A DNA stretch of 64,000 nucleotides from a virus, in IMG/VR virus record IMGVR_UViG_3300021356_000010, positions 1-64,000 of that record, one strand, 5' to 3'. Of the stretch, positions 18,536 to 28,900 are shown piece by piece. The notes beneath the pieces are model-generated. The model saw only the letters and a program-made list of their open reading frames with translations, was not told where the DNA came from and did no database searches. The stretch's first letter is position 1, and each line of letters opens with the position of its first letter. Position numbers and translations under genes: made by a program.

Positions 18536-21500
18536 TTATTTCTTAGCGAGTTGTGAAATTACTTTAATATTAACCAAATCATTAGCTGCCACACTTGCAT
18601 CCAAGTCAATATTAATTCTCACGATACCTGCTCCTGTCAATTCAATACCAGTTGAAATGAGCTGACCAGATGATCTTACATTTCCATACTCAGTGTGGAA
18701 TGCATCTGTTCCATTATCTATAACAGCATACTCGATAAATTCTCTCTCACCAGTAGTTGCATTGTTAGCAAAAACTGTTACCTTAGAACCCATTGCGACA
18801 GAAGTTGCATATAAATCAGCACTACCAGAATCGATAGTACCCTTATCCAAGTTAATTGTTTCCGTTACAATCTGATAATCAGCAAGTTCGAAGTCTTTTA
18901 GTTCTCCGTCAAAAACTTTAACTCCAGAGAAGGTTCCTGTGCCAAAACCAATATTGAAATAAACATCACCTTGATCATCCAAACGTAAGACTGGATCTGT
19001 GTTGAGTCCAGAAGAAAGACCAAGATCAAAGTATTGTTTTGATGTATGTAAAAATGTAGTATCTACAGCAGTGTTGTCGAGGGTTGTTGTGGCATTATCA
19101 AATAGAATTGTGGAAGCAGTAAATTCTAGGATATTTGAGACAGGACTGCTAATAGAATCAACTCCGCGCATCTCAAGATTTGCGGTAGTCAAATTAACAG
19201 TATTGTTACCATCGTTATAGAAGAACAATGTGTTCTCATTTGCGCCAGGAGCAGTCTCTGGGATGATGTAAGTATTTTGATCAACGTCTTTTACACCACC
19301 AAGAGAACCCCAGTTAGTTCCATCGTAACCTTCATATGTGAAAGTTGTGGTATTGAAACGAATTGATCCCTGAATAGGAATACCTCTTTCAGCAGTTGTT
19401 CCTGCTGGAATTGCCAAAGTTGTATTAGCATCAACTACAACTTTCTTTCCAGTATTTGGTGCTAGGGTCAGATCACTGACATCTGTGGATATAGTGCTGC
19501 CTACAAGTCTTAGATCACTGCTAATGCTTAATGGTACATCTGTATCAGGACCAATTTTTAAAGTGCCGATCTCCTCAAAAGTTAGATCTGCTACAGCAGA
19601 TGCGGAATACTGTAGAGTTGCAGTTCCATTTGTAAATGTATTGCCACTTGTATTAGTTGGTGGATCTTGTGTTACGCCAGTTGTTCCAGGAGAAATTACG
19701 ATATAAATGTCGTGCTTATACTTTAGATAATCTCCAGCAACAACAGGAGTATTAGCAGTCCAATTTACATACGCAGGAGCAGTTACATTTACAGATCTTA
19801 CTTTTTTAACTTCTACAAATTCTTGATAGAACGGAGTAAATCTTACAGTGTTGTCACCATCATTATAGAACCATAAAGTATTATCGTTTGCTCCTACTGT
19901 TTGTTCTGCTAGAATGTATGTGTTTCCATCTAGGTCTCTAATACCACCCAAGGAAGACCACGAAGTATTCGTAGCACTATATCCTTCATATTGATTTGTA
20001 TCTGTGTTGAATCTAATTTGTCCATCCGCTGCAAATCCTAATGGGGGTCTTGCAGCAGTAGATCCCACTGGAATTGTTAGAGCAGAATTTGCATCTACCT
20101 TTACAACTTTTGTTGCATCTGGAGTTAGAAGTAGATCATCACCTGATCCAACTACGGAAATATTATTATCTACAATAGAAAGAATATTATTTACGTTTAG
20201 TTCGTTAGTAGTTTTTAATACTCCAGTGGTAGTAACATTTCCTGTTAGTGGAACAACTGTGAGTGTAGTGCCATTGACACCACCAACGTAAATATATCCT
20301 GCATCAATATTTAAATTCCCTAGTGGAGAAGATACTGATATATTATTAGTAGAATTTGGAAGAATATTATCTGCTTCTAAATTTGTAAATGTTCCTAAAG
20401 GAGAGGTTACAGATGTATTTCCAGTTACGGTGTCTGCTGTTACCGTTGTAGATGTAACAGATCCAGTTACAGATAATGCACCAGTATTACTTATGGTAAT
20501 TGGAATTGTACTATCAATATCAGTAACTGCAATAGAAGCTTCTATTTCGTTACCAGACAGTCCTGCTGGGTTTGCTACAAGAGCAGTTCTATCTAATTGA
20601 AGTACATCACCTGTATAGTAATTTCTACCAGGATTTGTAATTGTAATACTTTCTAGAGTTCCCTCTTTGGTAATCTCAAACTCAAATCCATCATCTCCAC
20701 CATAATTACCTGGATCTGGTGGTAGTCTTAAAATATCTCCTACTACATATCCAGTTCCTCTATTGACAAATACAATATCGGAAATTGCTCTTCGGTTTGA
20801 GATTCTATATTCAAAACCAGATCCGCTATTTCCTGTAATGGAATTATTGAAAGAAAGAATATCTCCTTCTACGTATCCAGTACCTTCTGTTGTAATTGTT
20901 ACAGTAGTAACTGTACCAACAATTGTGACAGACGTGTATGCTACTAATGCTCCAGATCCAGTTCCACCAAGATATGAGTTATCTACAGTTACTTGGTCTC
21001 CTGACTTCCAATTTGTTCCGCGAGTTGCTATATCCCAAGAAATAATTGAACCGCCAGATACTTCTACATTTGCGGTTTGATCAAAAATATATTGCCCAAT
21101 AGCTGGAGTAGCAGATATTGCAAAAACAATACTTCTTCCATCTGGACCAGTGCTTGGCGTAAGTCCTAATCCAGTAATAGATTGATTTACAACTTCTGGT
21201 GTTATGATTAGCAGTGAATATGCACCAGCAAGTCCAGGAGTACCATAATTCTTTAGTCTGACAATTGTATTGTCTAGTGTTACTCCAAAATCATCAGTAA
21301 GAGCAATGTCATATCCACTATTTGATGCATCTGAAGTATCTAATAAAATAGTTTGGGAATAATCAACAGATGTATTGAGTGCTGTGGTATCAGTACCATT
21401 CAGCAAGTATTGATACTTATCTGTAACTGCTGCTTTTACAATTCCATATGCACCAGCAGCAGAAATTTCTTCGCCAACTGTAAATGTTCCAGTTACTGAT

Positions 21501-22747
21501 GAAAAATAAAGTGCTCCAAGTTGATCACTAAAATTAACAACCGTGCCACTTCCACTTGCACCAACAATAGTATCTCCAACAGCAAATGAGTTTCCTGTGT
21601 TAGTTCCAATGGTGATGGTGCCAGTCATCGAACCATGGTTTCCACAGACATAGTAATAAGTTCCAGCAAAAACTTCACTGGTATCAAAAATAATAGTACC
21701 ACTGTCAGTACCATTGTTTGTTACACCATCAGCAGCAATTAAAACATTTGCTGGATCATATGGTCCTGCTACTGATTGTAAGTAGAATGGATGCCCTGGT
21801 GCGTTAATATTGAATACTAAATAATCTCCCTCTTCGGCAGTAATAGCAACATTATTTCCAGACGTTGCTCCAGCAAAAACAAAATTTGTATTTGCTCCGT
21901 CGTCAGTTACGTTCCACTCGTAACGTCTTCCGTATGTAAATAATAACTCTTTTCTTTGAGCAACTGTTAGGTTGATAGTCTGTGTTGGAACGTTATCAAC
22001 AGGAACACTTGAATATGTGCCATCAACATAACCAGTACCAGCATTAGAGATAGTAGAATTAAATGTAATACTACCAGTTACTTCAATGTCTGCTACCTTA
22101 CCGTTTCCAACTCCACCATCCAGTGCTACATTAGTGTAAGTGCCTGGAAAATATTCGGTTCCACCATTCTGGATAATTCCCTTAGTTGCTACTTCTGTAG
22201 TTACGATTTGGAAGTCAATTGCTGCATTACTTCCTGTTCCACCACCCAGAGGAATGTTTGAGTATGTACCAGTTACATACTCATCAACATTACTGTTTGT
22301 AGTTTCTTGACCATTATATTCTGCGATGACAACAGTTGCTTGAGCTCCTACTCCACTACCACCAAACAAAGCAACGTTGGGGTAAGTTCCTACATCATAT
22401 TCAGATCCAGTCTCTGTAACGCTGAGATACGTATCATCTAGAAAGTTATTCCTTACGAATAAATCATTCTCAAAATATGTACCATAATCATTATATGTAA
22501 ATGCCAATCTATCGTTGCTAACAAATCCGATAGTATTAGAATTATTTTTGTATAAACCTAATTTATTGTCAGACTGAAAGGTCAGTGCTGGAGCAGATTT
22601 TGTACCATCTTGTAGAGAAACTCCTGCTGGAGAAATTGTAGCACCACCCGATCCTCCAGTGAGATCAAATAGATCCTCTGCGATTTCGTTGATTTTGACC
22701 CTTTGTTGCTCAAAGGTGTCAGTTCTGGCGACATTAATTGCTGGCAT
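18536..22747 (-). CDS. Large virion structural protein (1403 aa) with a cupredoxin-like domain
   Basis: MPAINVA.TDTFE.QR.KIN start; two G.IRFNT....YEGY....W.SLGG repeats; GHPF...YYVCGNHGSM.G copper motif. Confidence 0.85.
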   Translation of the reverse strand: MPAINVARTDTFEQQRVKINEIAEDLFDLTGGSGGATISPAGVSLQDGTKSAPALTFQSDNKLGLYKNNSNTIGFVSNDRLAFTYNDYGTYFENDLFVRNNFLDDTYLSVTETGSEYDVGTYPNVALFGGSGVGAQATVVIAEYNGQETTNSNVDEYVTGTYSNIPLGGGTGSNAAIDFQIVTTEVATKGIIQNGGTEYFPGTYTNVALDGGVGNGKVADIEVTGSITFNSTISNAGTGYVDGTYSSVPVDNVPTQTINLTVAQRKELLFTYGRRYEWNVTDDGANTNFVFAGATSGNNVAITAEEGDYLVFNINAPGHPFYLQSVAGPYDPANVLIAADGVTNNGTDSGTIIFDTSEVFAGTYYYVCGNHGSMTGTITIGTNTGNSFAVGDTIVGASGSGTVVNFSDQLGALYFSSVTGTFTVGEEISAAGAYGIVKAAVTDKYQYLLNGTDTTALNTSVDYSQTILLDTSDASNSGYDIALTDDFGVTLDNTIVRLKNYGTPGLAGAYSLLIITPEVVNQSITGLGLTPSTGPDGRSIVFAISATPAIGQYIFDQTANVEVSGGSIISWDIATRGTNWKSGDQVTVDNSYLGGTGSGALVAYTSVTIVGTVTTVTITTEGTGYVEGDILSFNNSITGNSGSGFEYRISNRRAISDIVFVNRGTGYVVGDILRLPPDPGNYGGDDGFEFEITKEGTLESITITNPGRNYYTGDVLQLDRTALVANPAGLSGNEIEASIAVTDIDSTIPITISNTGALSVTGSVTSTTVTADTVTGNTSVTSPLGTFTNLEADNILPNSTNNISVSSPLGNLNIDAGYIYVGGVNGTTLTVVPLTGNVTTTGVLKTTNELNVNNILSIVDNNISVVGSGDDLLLTPDATKVVKVDANSALTIPVGSTAARPPLGFAADGQIRFNTDTNQYEGYSATNTSWSSLGGIRDLDGNTYILAEQTVGANDNTLWFYNDGDNTVRFTPFYQEFVEVKKVRSVNVTAPAYVNWTANTPVVAGDYLKYKHDIYIVISPGTTGVTQDPPTNTSGNTFTNGTATLQYSASAVADLTFEEIGTLKIGPDTDVPLSISSDLRLVGSTISTDVSDLTLAPNTGKKVVVDANTTLAIPAGTTAERGIPIQGSIRFNTTTFTYEGYDGTNWGSLGGVKDVDQNTYIIPETAPGANENTLFFYNDGNNTVNLTTANLEMRGVDSISSPVSNILEFTASTILFDNATTTLDNTAVDTTFLHTSKQYFDLGLSSGLNTDPVLRLDDQGDVYFNIGFGTGTFSGVKVFDGELKDFELADYQIVTETINLDKGTIDSGSADLYATSVAMGSKVTVFANNATTGEREFIEYAVIDNGTDAFHTEYGNVRSSGQLISTGIELTGAGIVRINIDLDASVAANDLVNIKVISQLAKK

Positions 22748-22940
22748 TTTTGATTAACTCTCGCAGTAAGGCTTTGATTTCAGATACTTCATCCTTCAAG
22801 TTATTTATGTCATCCAACGCGGAATTCAACTGTTTTTGTTTACGTCTCGCTTGGATAGCAGAATCGTCGCGATTCAAGATGGCACCTGTGGTCTCGTCTC
22901 TGACAAGACCATCATGCCCCGACACTTTGATATATGACAT
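22734..22940 (-). CDS. Conserved small T4-like phage protein
   Basis: Y.KV.GH..LVRD..TGAI.N.D plus a C-terminal coiled coil. Confidence 0.85.
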   Translation of the reverse strand: MSYIKVSGHDGLVRDETTGAILNRDDSAIQARRKQKQLNSALDDINNLKDEVSEIKALLRELIKNASN

Positions 22941-22949
22941 ACGCGGAAA

Positions 22950-25900
22950 TTAGAACGATGCAACAACTCGGATATCTTGAATTTTTGGAACGAATGCAGG
23001 ATCTACTCCCTTCATAACTACCTTCACTGCAAAAGATGAAAACTCTGGTAGGTCAGAAACACTGAATGCAAGTTCTTGATATGAACTTTGCTTTTCTACA
23101 ATTGAAGAAATTGTATTTTCAGGGTTTGCAATTTCTAAAGTATCAGGAGATCCATCTACATTGAAATACTGCCAATCAATATCGTCAAAGTTTTCTTGAC
23201 TCGATGCTTTCTTGAACTTGTACAAGACAGCAACATTAGATACATCCTTAAGGTTAGCAGTCAATCTAACATCAATCGTTGTAGCAGGACTTGAAATAGA
23301 TACTTCCTTGGTAACATACTTAGCAACCGAAGAACTATTCTTAGAAGTATTTTCTGCTACAAACTCAACACCATTGGTGTATGATACAGTGGAGATTTCT
23401 AGGAAAGATGCTTCATCATCTGGTTGATCAGGATACTTAACAAAATCTCCAACACGGAAGATATCAGCAACTTGAGCATTTACAACAGCATTTCTATTGA
23501 ATAGAACGTTGTCGATAATTCTTCCGTTGTAATCATCATTGATAGGTCTAGCATCATTTCTTACAGTTAGTTCCTGTGTCTTATTATTCCAGATAACTGC
23601 TCTACCAGTAATGATATTTTCATATGTTTCTAGAATGATAGATGGATTTCTAGCAACAATTACAGATGCATCATTAATGCTGGTAATTATTTGAGTCAAA
23701 GCACTATCAACAGTGACACCAGATAGTGAGAGTTGATTTCCTAGATCAACTTCCTCACCTTTCTCGAAGATCTGAGAAGTTTTGATTCTAACAAAAACTG
23801 TAGATCCGTCAATCTTAGCAATAGTTCCAGCAGCTTTTGAAGTCTTGCCTTTAATTGTTTGATTGCTCTGAATCTCTGTATTTTGATTTCCAGTCAAGGT
23901 GAAACTGTAGATAGGATAGAAGGAAACAACTTGATTTCTTCTTCCATAGCGATCTTCAGTTCCAGAACCATTCTCAATTCTATTGCTTATTGTCTTAACA
24001 GAACAAGAAGATAGATCGACAAGTGGTGAAAGATATGAGACAGTAGATGATAGAGACAACTTGTATTCTAAAGATGTATCAAGACTATTAAGAGTCTCAT
24101 TGATCTCAGAAGTAACCATCTTCTGGTTTGTGAAATAATGTGGTTCATTCAAGAATGTCTTTTCATAATCTGTCTGAGAATATGATGTATAATTTGTAGT
24201 AGTAGAATCTACAGGAACTACATTTGTAGTTTTAACAGTAGATTCTAATGTGGTTCCAGTGAATGACAGATAATGAACTTGTGGATATAGAGTTTCAAAT
24301 TTTCTATTGTAAGTTGCAAAAACATCGGAACCACCACCAACAGCATTGCCAGCAGACTGGTTTGTTGATCTAATAGTATAAGTATCGATACCAGAATTAT
24401 CAACCTGGAACAATACACTGTTCAGTGTTTCTGCAGTGATACCAGCAGTTTCTTGTGCTCCTCTGTAGAATACATAAGAATTTCCACGATCCTCAAATCC
24501 ATTATCTCTATGCGCGACTTTCACGATAGAATTGTTGTTGCCAAACAATAGAGAAGTTGCATTTGTGTTGGAAGATGCATCTGTCTTGAATGGATTAATA
24601 TCTAGTTTCTCATAACCTAACTTCTCATTAGTAAGAACAAGTTCTGCTGGTCTTGTAATACTAAACTCTGCTCTGTATAGAGTGAATTTAATATCTTCAA
24701 AGATGTCTTCTGTCCAAGTATCAATATTTTGTGATCTATAGACAGAACCTAGAGATGGTTGTGTGGTAATAATTGTATTCGTAGCTACATCAGTTTCCCC
24801 TAGACGAGAAGCCCAAATAGCGTAATCAACAGAATCCGTTTCTACTGCTAGTGCATACTCAGTATCATTTTGCAAATAGATTGGATTATCAAATGCAAAG
24901 TAGGTTGGAGTAGAAGACTCAATTGCACCTGAAACCTCAACGTCATCAATTGCAACACCCATTCTAACTGCTGGGGTATCAATATCAATAAACGTTTCTA
25001 CTTGACATCCTCCTGCCCCATTTCCGATGCCTTTAATTACAACAGCAGGTGGTTCTGTGTATCCAAAACCATTGAGGACTACTTCTGCATTATAGATCTT
25101 GCCGTCTGAAACATCGATTCTTGCAGTAGCTACTGATCCTCCTGGAATTTGAGGACTTTCAATTGTCAAGATAGCACTATCGTAATTTGCTCCTGGGTTC
25201 GTGATTTTTATGTTAGAAACCTTACCACTGTCTTTAGCGATACTTACTGTGAAGTTAGTTCCGTTTGTATTATTAGCAGTGGTGACAGAACCGATTGTTA
25301 GATTTTCATTCTGTTGGAAAGATCTTCCATTATGATTACTCAACACTAGAGTATATACTTGCTCATTTGTTATTGCAATCTTTCCAGTTGATGATGGAAT
25401 TAATTCAACACCATTCTTGTCAATGATCTTCTTGATAGGACCACTTGCTGCAGAACTAGATCCAATTACAGACTCACCAACATCAACTGTTACCGTTCCA
25501 GTAGTGAAGATTTTCAAATACGTATCTGGAGTTAGAGTCTTCTCAGTTCCAGGTACAATATTTTTTCCTGGTTTGTCACCTTCTACATCAGTCAAATATA
25601 CTTTAACTGGAATGTTAGAACTCTTCTTATTAAAGAATAGATCAATACCAGTTACAAACAATCCACCATCATAGTTTTCAACTTTAAATGTTTGTGCTAG
25701 TGGGTTTGGTCTGATTGGATTTTCTGTATTATTATCAACTATCTGAACACCCTCATTTGCCTTGAAGTATGCTGGTTTTGTTGATACGATACCTGAAGGA
25801 TTCTGTGGTAGAACTCCAGTAGCATAGAATTTAACTTCTGCATATGTATCGACATTATTTTTGTTTTCATCAGTAGCACTAGATGTAAATCTAATTGTTT

Positions 25901-28900
25901 TTACACCTGCTGTTACTCTTACTTCCTCGAATGAAGAATCATAATCAACGGTAGCAACATCTCCAGTCCAAGTAGAGTTTTCTCTTGGTGGATGTCCTGC
26001 AGGAACTAGAATCAAACCACTGGCATTACCATTCTCGTCAGTAACAATATCACCATTAAATGCTGATAGGGAGTTTGTTGCAGTTCCAGTAAATCTAAAG
26101 TCTGGATTAACCCATCTGTCAATATTTCTTCCTTCTAAGAATACAGAAACTTTAGTATTTGGTTTTAATCTTCTAAGGACAAATCTAACTGGAATGCTTC
26201 TAGCAAAGAACTGAAGAGAATCGGAAACAATACTGTTACCAACAGTCTTAGATTGGACTCCTTTAGCAACCTCATTGTTTTGTGGATTGACATTAGAAGA
26301 ACTGCCAATAGACGCCATGCTTACAGTTGCATTTGCTTCTAGAGTATTGATTTCTCCAAGAGAAACAATTGAAGTGAAACTTGAAGAAGTTCCTACCCAG
26401 TTGATAGCAAATGAATTGAATAGACTGGAGAATGAATCTCTAATATTTTCTTTTGCAATAAAGATGTTGTAGAGACTTGTATTGGTATTTACAATTAGAG
26501 GTTCTACAGTATCATCATACCACTGATCAATAGATGGATTGATGGAAGCATCACCAACATATTGAATGACAACAAATGGATTTGGATTTAGAGTCTTGGA
26601 AGCAAAATTGTTACCAAGTAGAGATAGTGATGTATATGGAAGAGTAACTACATTGCCAGTCTTCTGATAACCAGCAACTGTTCTTTGATCTTCTCTTGTA
26701 TTGACTTCTCTCAATGCTAGAGAGTCCTCCTTAGACTGAGGTCTAAGAACAGACTGCTGACTGTCAATAGAGCATAAGTAGTCTGCTGAGGAAATATTAC
26801 CAACTCTATGCTCTTCAAAGTTATCGACTAAGAATCCGCTCTTGAATCTATCCAATCCAATGCTATCTTTAACTTGCATGTTGAGAGCTTGTTGCTCAAG
26901 AATGCTAAGTGTTGTATAATACTCAAGACGCTCAATACGCTTCTCCAATTTACCGATGTCACGCATCGTGTAACGACGGTTATCAACTGGAGTAATTCTT
27001 ACATTCTTACTCGAAGATGTGTAAGCAGGGATGTAAGCATAGAAGAGAGGAATTGCATCTTCAATTGGATCTGGTTTGGTTGGGTTGAGAGATGAGTTAC
27101 CTTCTTTGACGATAAACTCACCCTTCTTATTCAAGAACACTCCATCAATACGATCAAGGTATTGAATTTGACTAAAGGAGAATGTGTATTCGAGATTTTT
27201 ATCTGGAGCAGGGGTGCTAGCAATAACAGAACCAGGACCAGAGAACTGACCAGTTGTTACAGATAAAGAAGACTGATCTTGGAATCCTGGAATGATTGCA
27301 TTGCTATCAACTTTTGGTCTAAAGTCTATAACATTTTTCAATTCTAGGTTTCCATGGACAGCAGAATTAAATCCAGGAATTTCATCTTCTGTTACACCAG
27401 CTTCGTGAAGATAACTGTCGATTGTACAGAAGTCTCCCTGAGAGTGCTCGAAGTAATCAAAAGAGATTACCAATTGACCAGAGGTAGCTTCAAATCCTGG
27501 TTTTAGAACAATTCTTGAGACATCTAGAATAGTATCTCTCTGTCCATTATCAAATGTAAATCTATCAGTAACATCGGTTCCAGAAATCAAGTTACCAGCA
27601 CTGTCGATAGTTGGTGCTTGAGATGCAGTTCCCTCATAGACAAAGTTCAACTTGTATGCATCAGAATAAGTCAGAATTTCTACGACCTCACTGTCGTAGT
27701 CTGTTCCTCTGAAAGGAATTACTCTGTCACCAGATGCACTAATAACAATTCTCTTATTTTCTACAGAAGTCTTTAGTCTTGGTTTTGCGTTGGTAACTTC
27801 AATAGTTGATGAAAGTTTTAGTTTAGGGAATGTTCCGTTGGTAGGAATAGTTCCAAAATATGTTGATGGTAACTGAAGACTAATACTACCAGATGTAAGA
27901 CCACTAGCAGTATCAGTAGCGGAAGTAATTTCTACGCTATCAGTAGGAACATAAACAATATCTCCAACTGTCAAGTCTGGTGCATCACCTGGATCTAAGA
28001 CAGTAATAATATAGTTATCTTCATTGAAAGCAACAAATCTCTGAGTACCGAATGGCAACTGAGCTGCAAACGTAATGGTTCCACCACCAGAAGATGCAGT
28101 TGTTACAAAGTCTCTTCTGAAGTAATACTTAATCTTGGTGTCATCACCACCAGCAGAAATTTGTTCTACTTGCTTGCTACCAGTTGGGAAGACTAGAGTT
28201 CCTGCATTTGGATTCTGTACCTTAGGTCTTAGTCTAACAATACTTGTGTTTGTTACATCTCCTGGTAGAGCAATATCTAGATATACTCTGGTCTTGGATG
28301 GTCCAGACTGCTCAGTTGCATACTGTACAACTGCTCTAACGAGATTGTTATCGACATCAGAAAATTGAACAAGGTCTCCCTGCTGTAGAACACCGCTAGC
28401 GTCTGCACTGAAACTTGTGGATTCGATAAACTTATAACCTTTTGATCCAAAGAAAGTAAAATCAGTAACCGATTTAATTTCAGAATAAGTTTGACTATCT
28501 ACTACTAAATCTGCTGTGAATGTATTTGCATTTCCAGATCCGTATTGGCAACCAATTGATTTTACATTCTGTGGTGTGTATGTTGTAACTGCATTTCTAA
28601 CCAGAACTGGAACAATTGCAGCTGCTGTTTGTGGTTGTGCAACTCCCTCTGCCTGCAATGCAGTTACTGCTGGTGGTTGTGCGTATTCAATATTAACAGA
28701 ATTTCTATCTTTGATTTCTACTTTATAAATTTTGCCTGTTGCATCTTCTCCAGCAATCGAGAGTTGAATCTTAGATGAATCATACTCAACTCCATTGATT
28801 AACAGAGTCGATAGTGAAGAATAACCAAGACCTCTGTTCTGAACAACAAAGTGTGAAATAGTATTATTTGTCGCAATCTTGAGAGTATTTCCAGCTTCAT

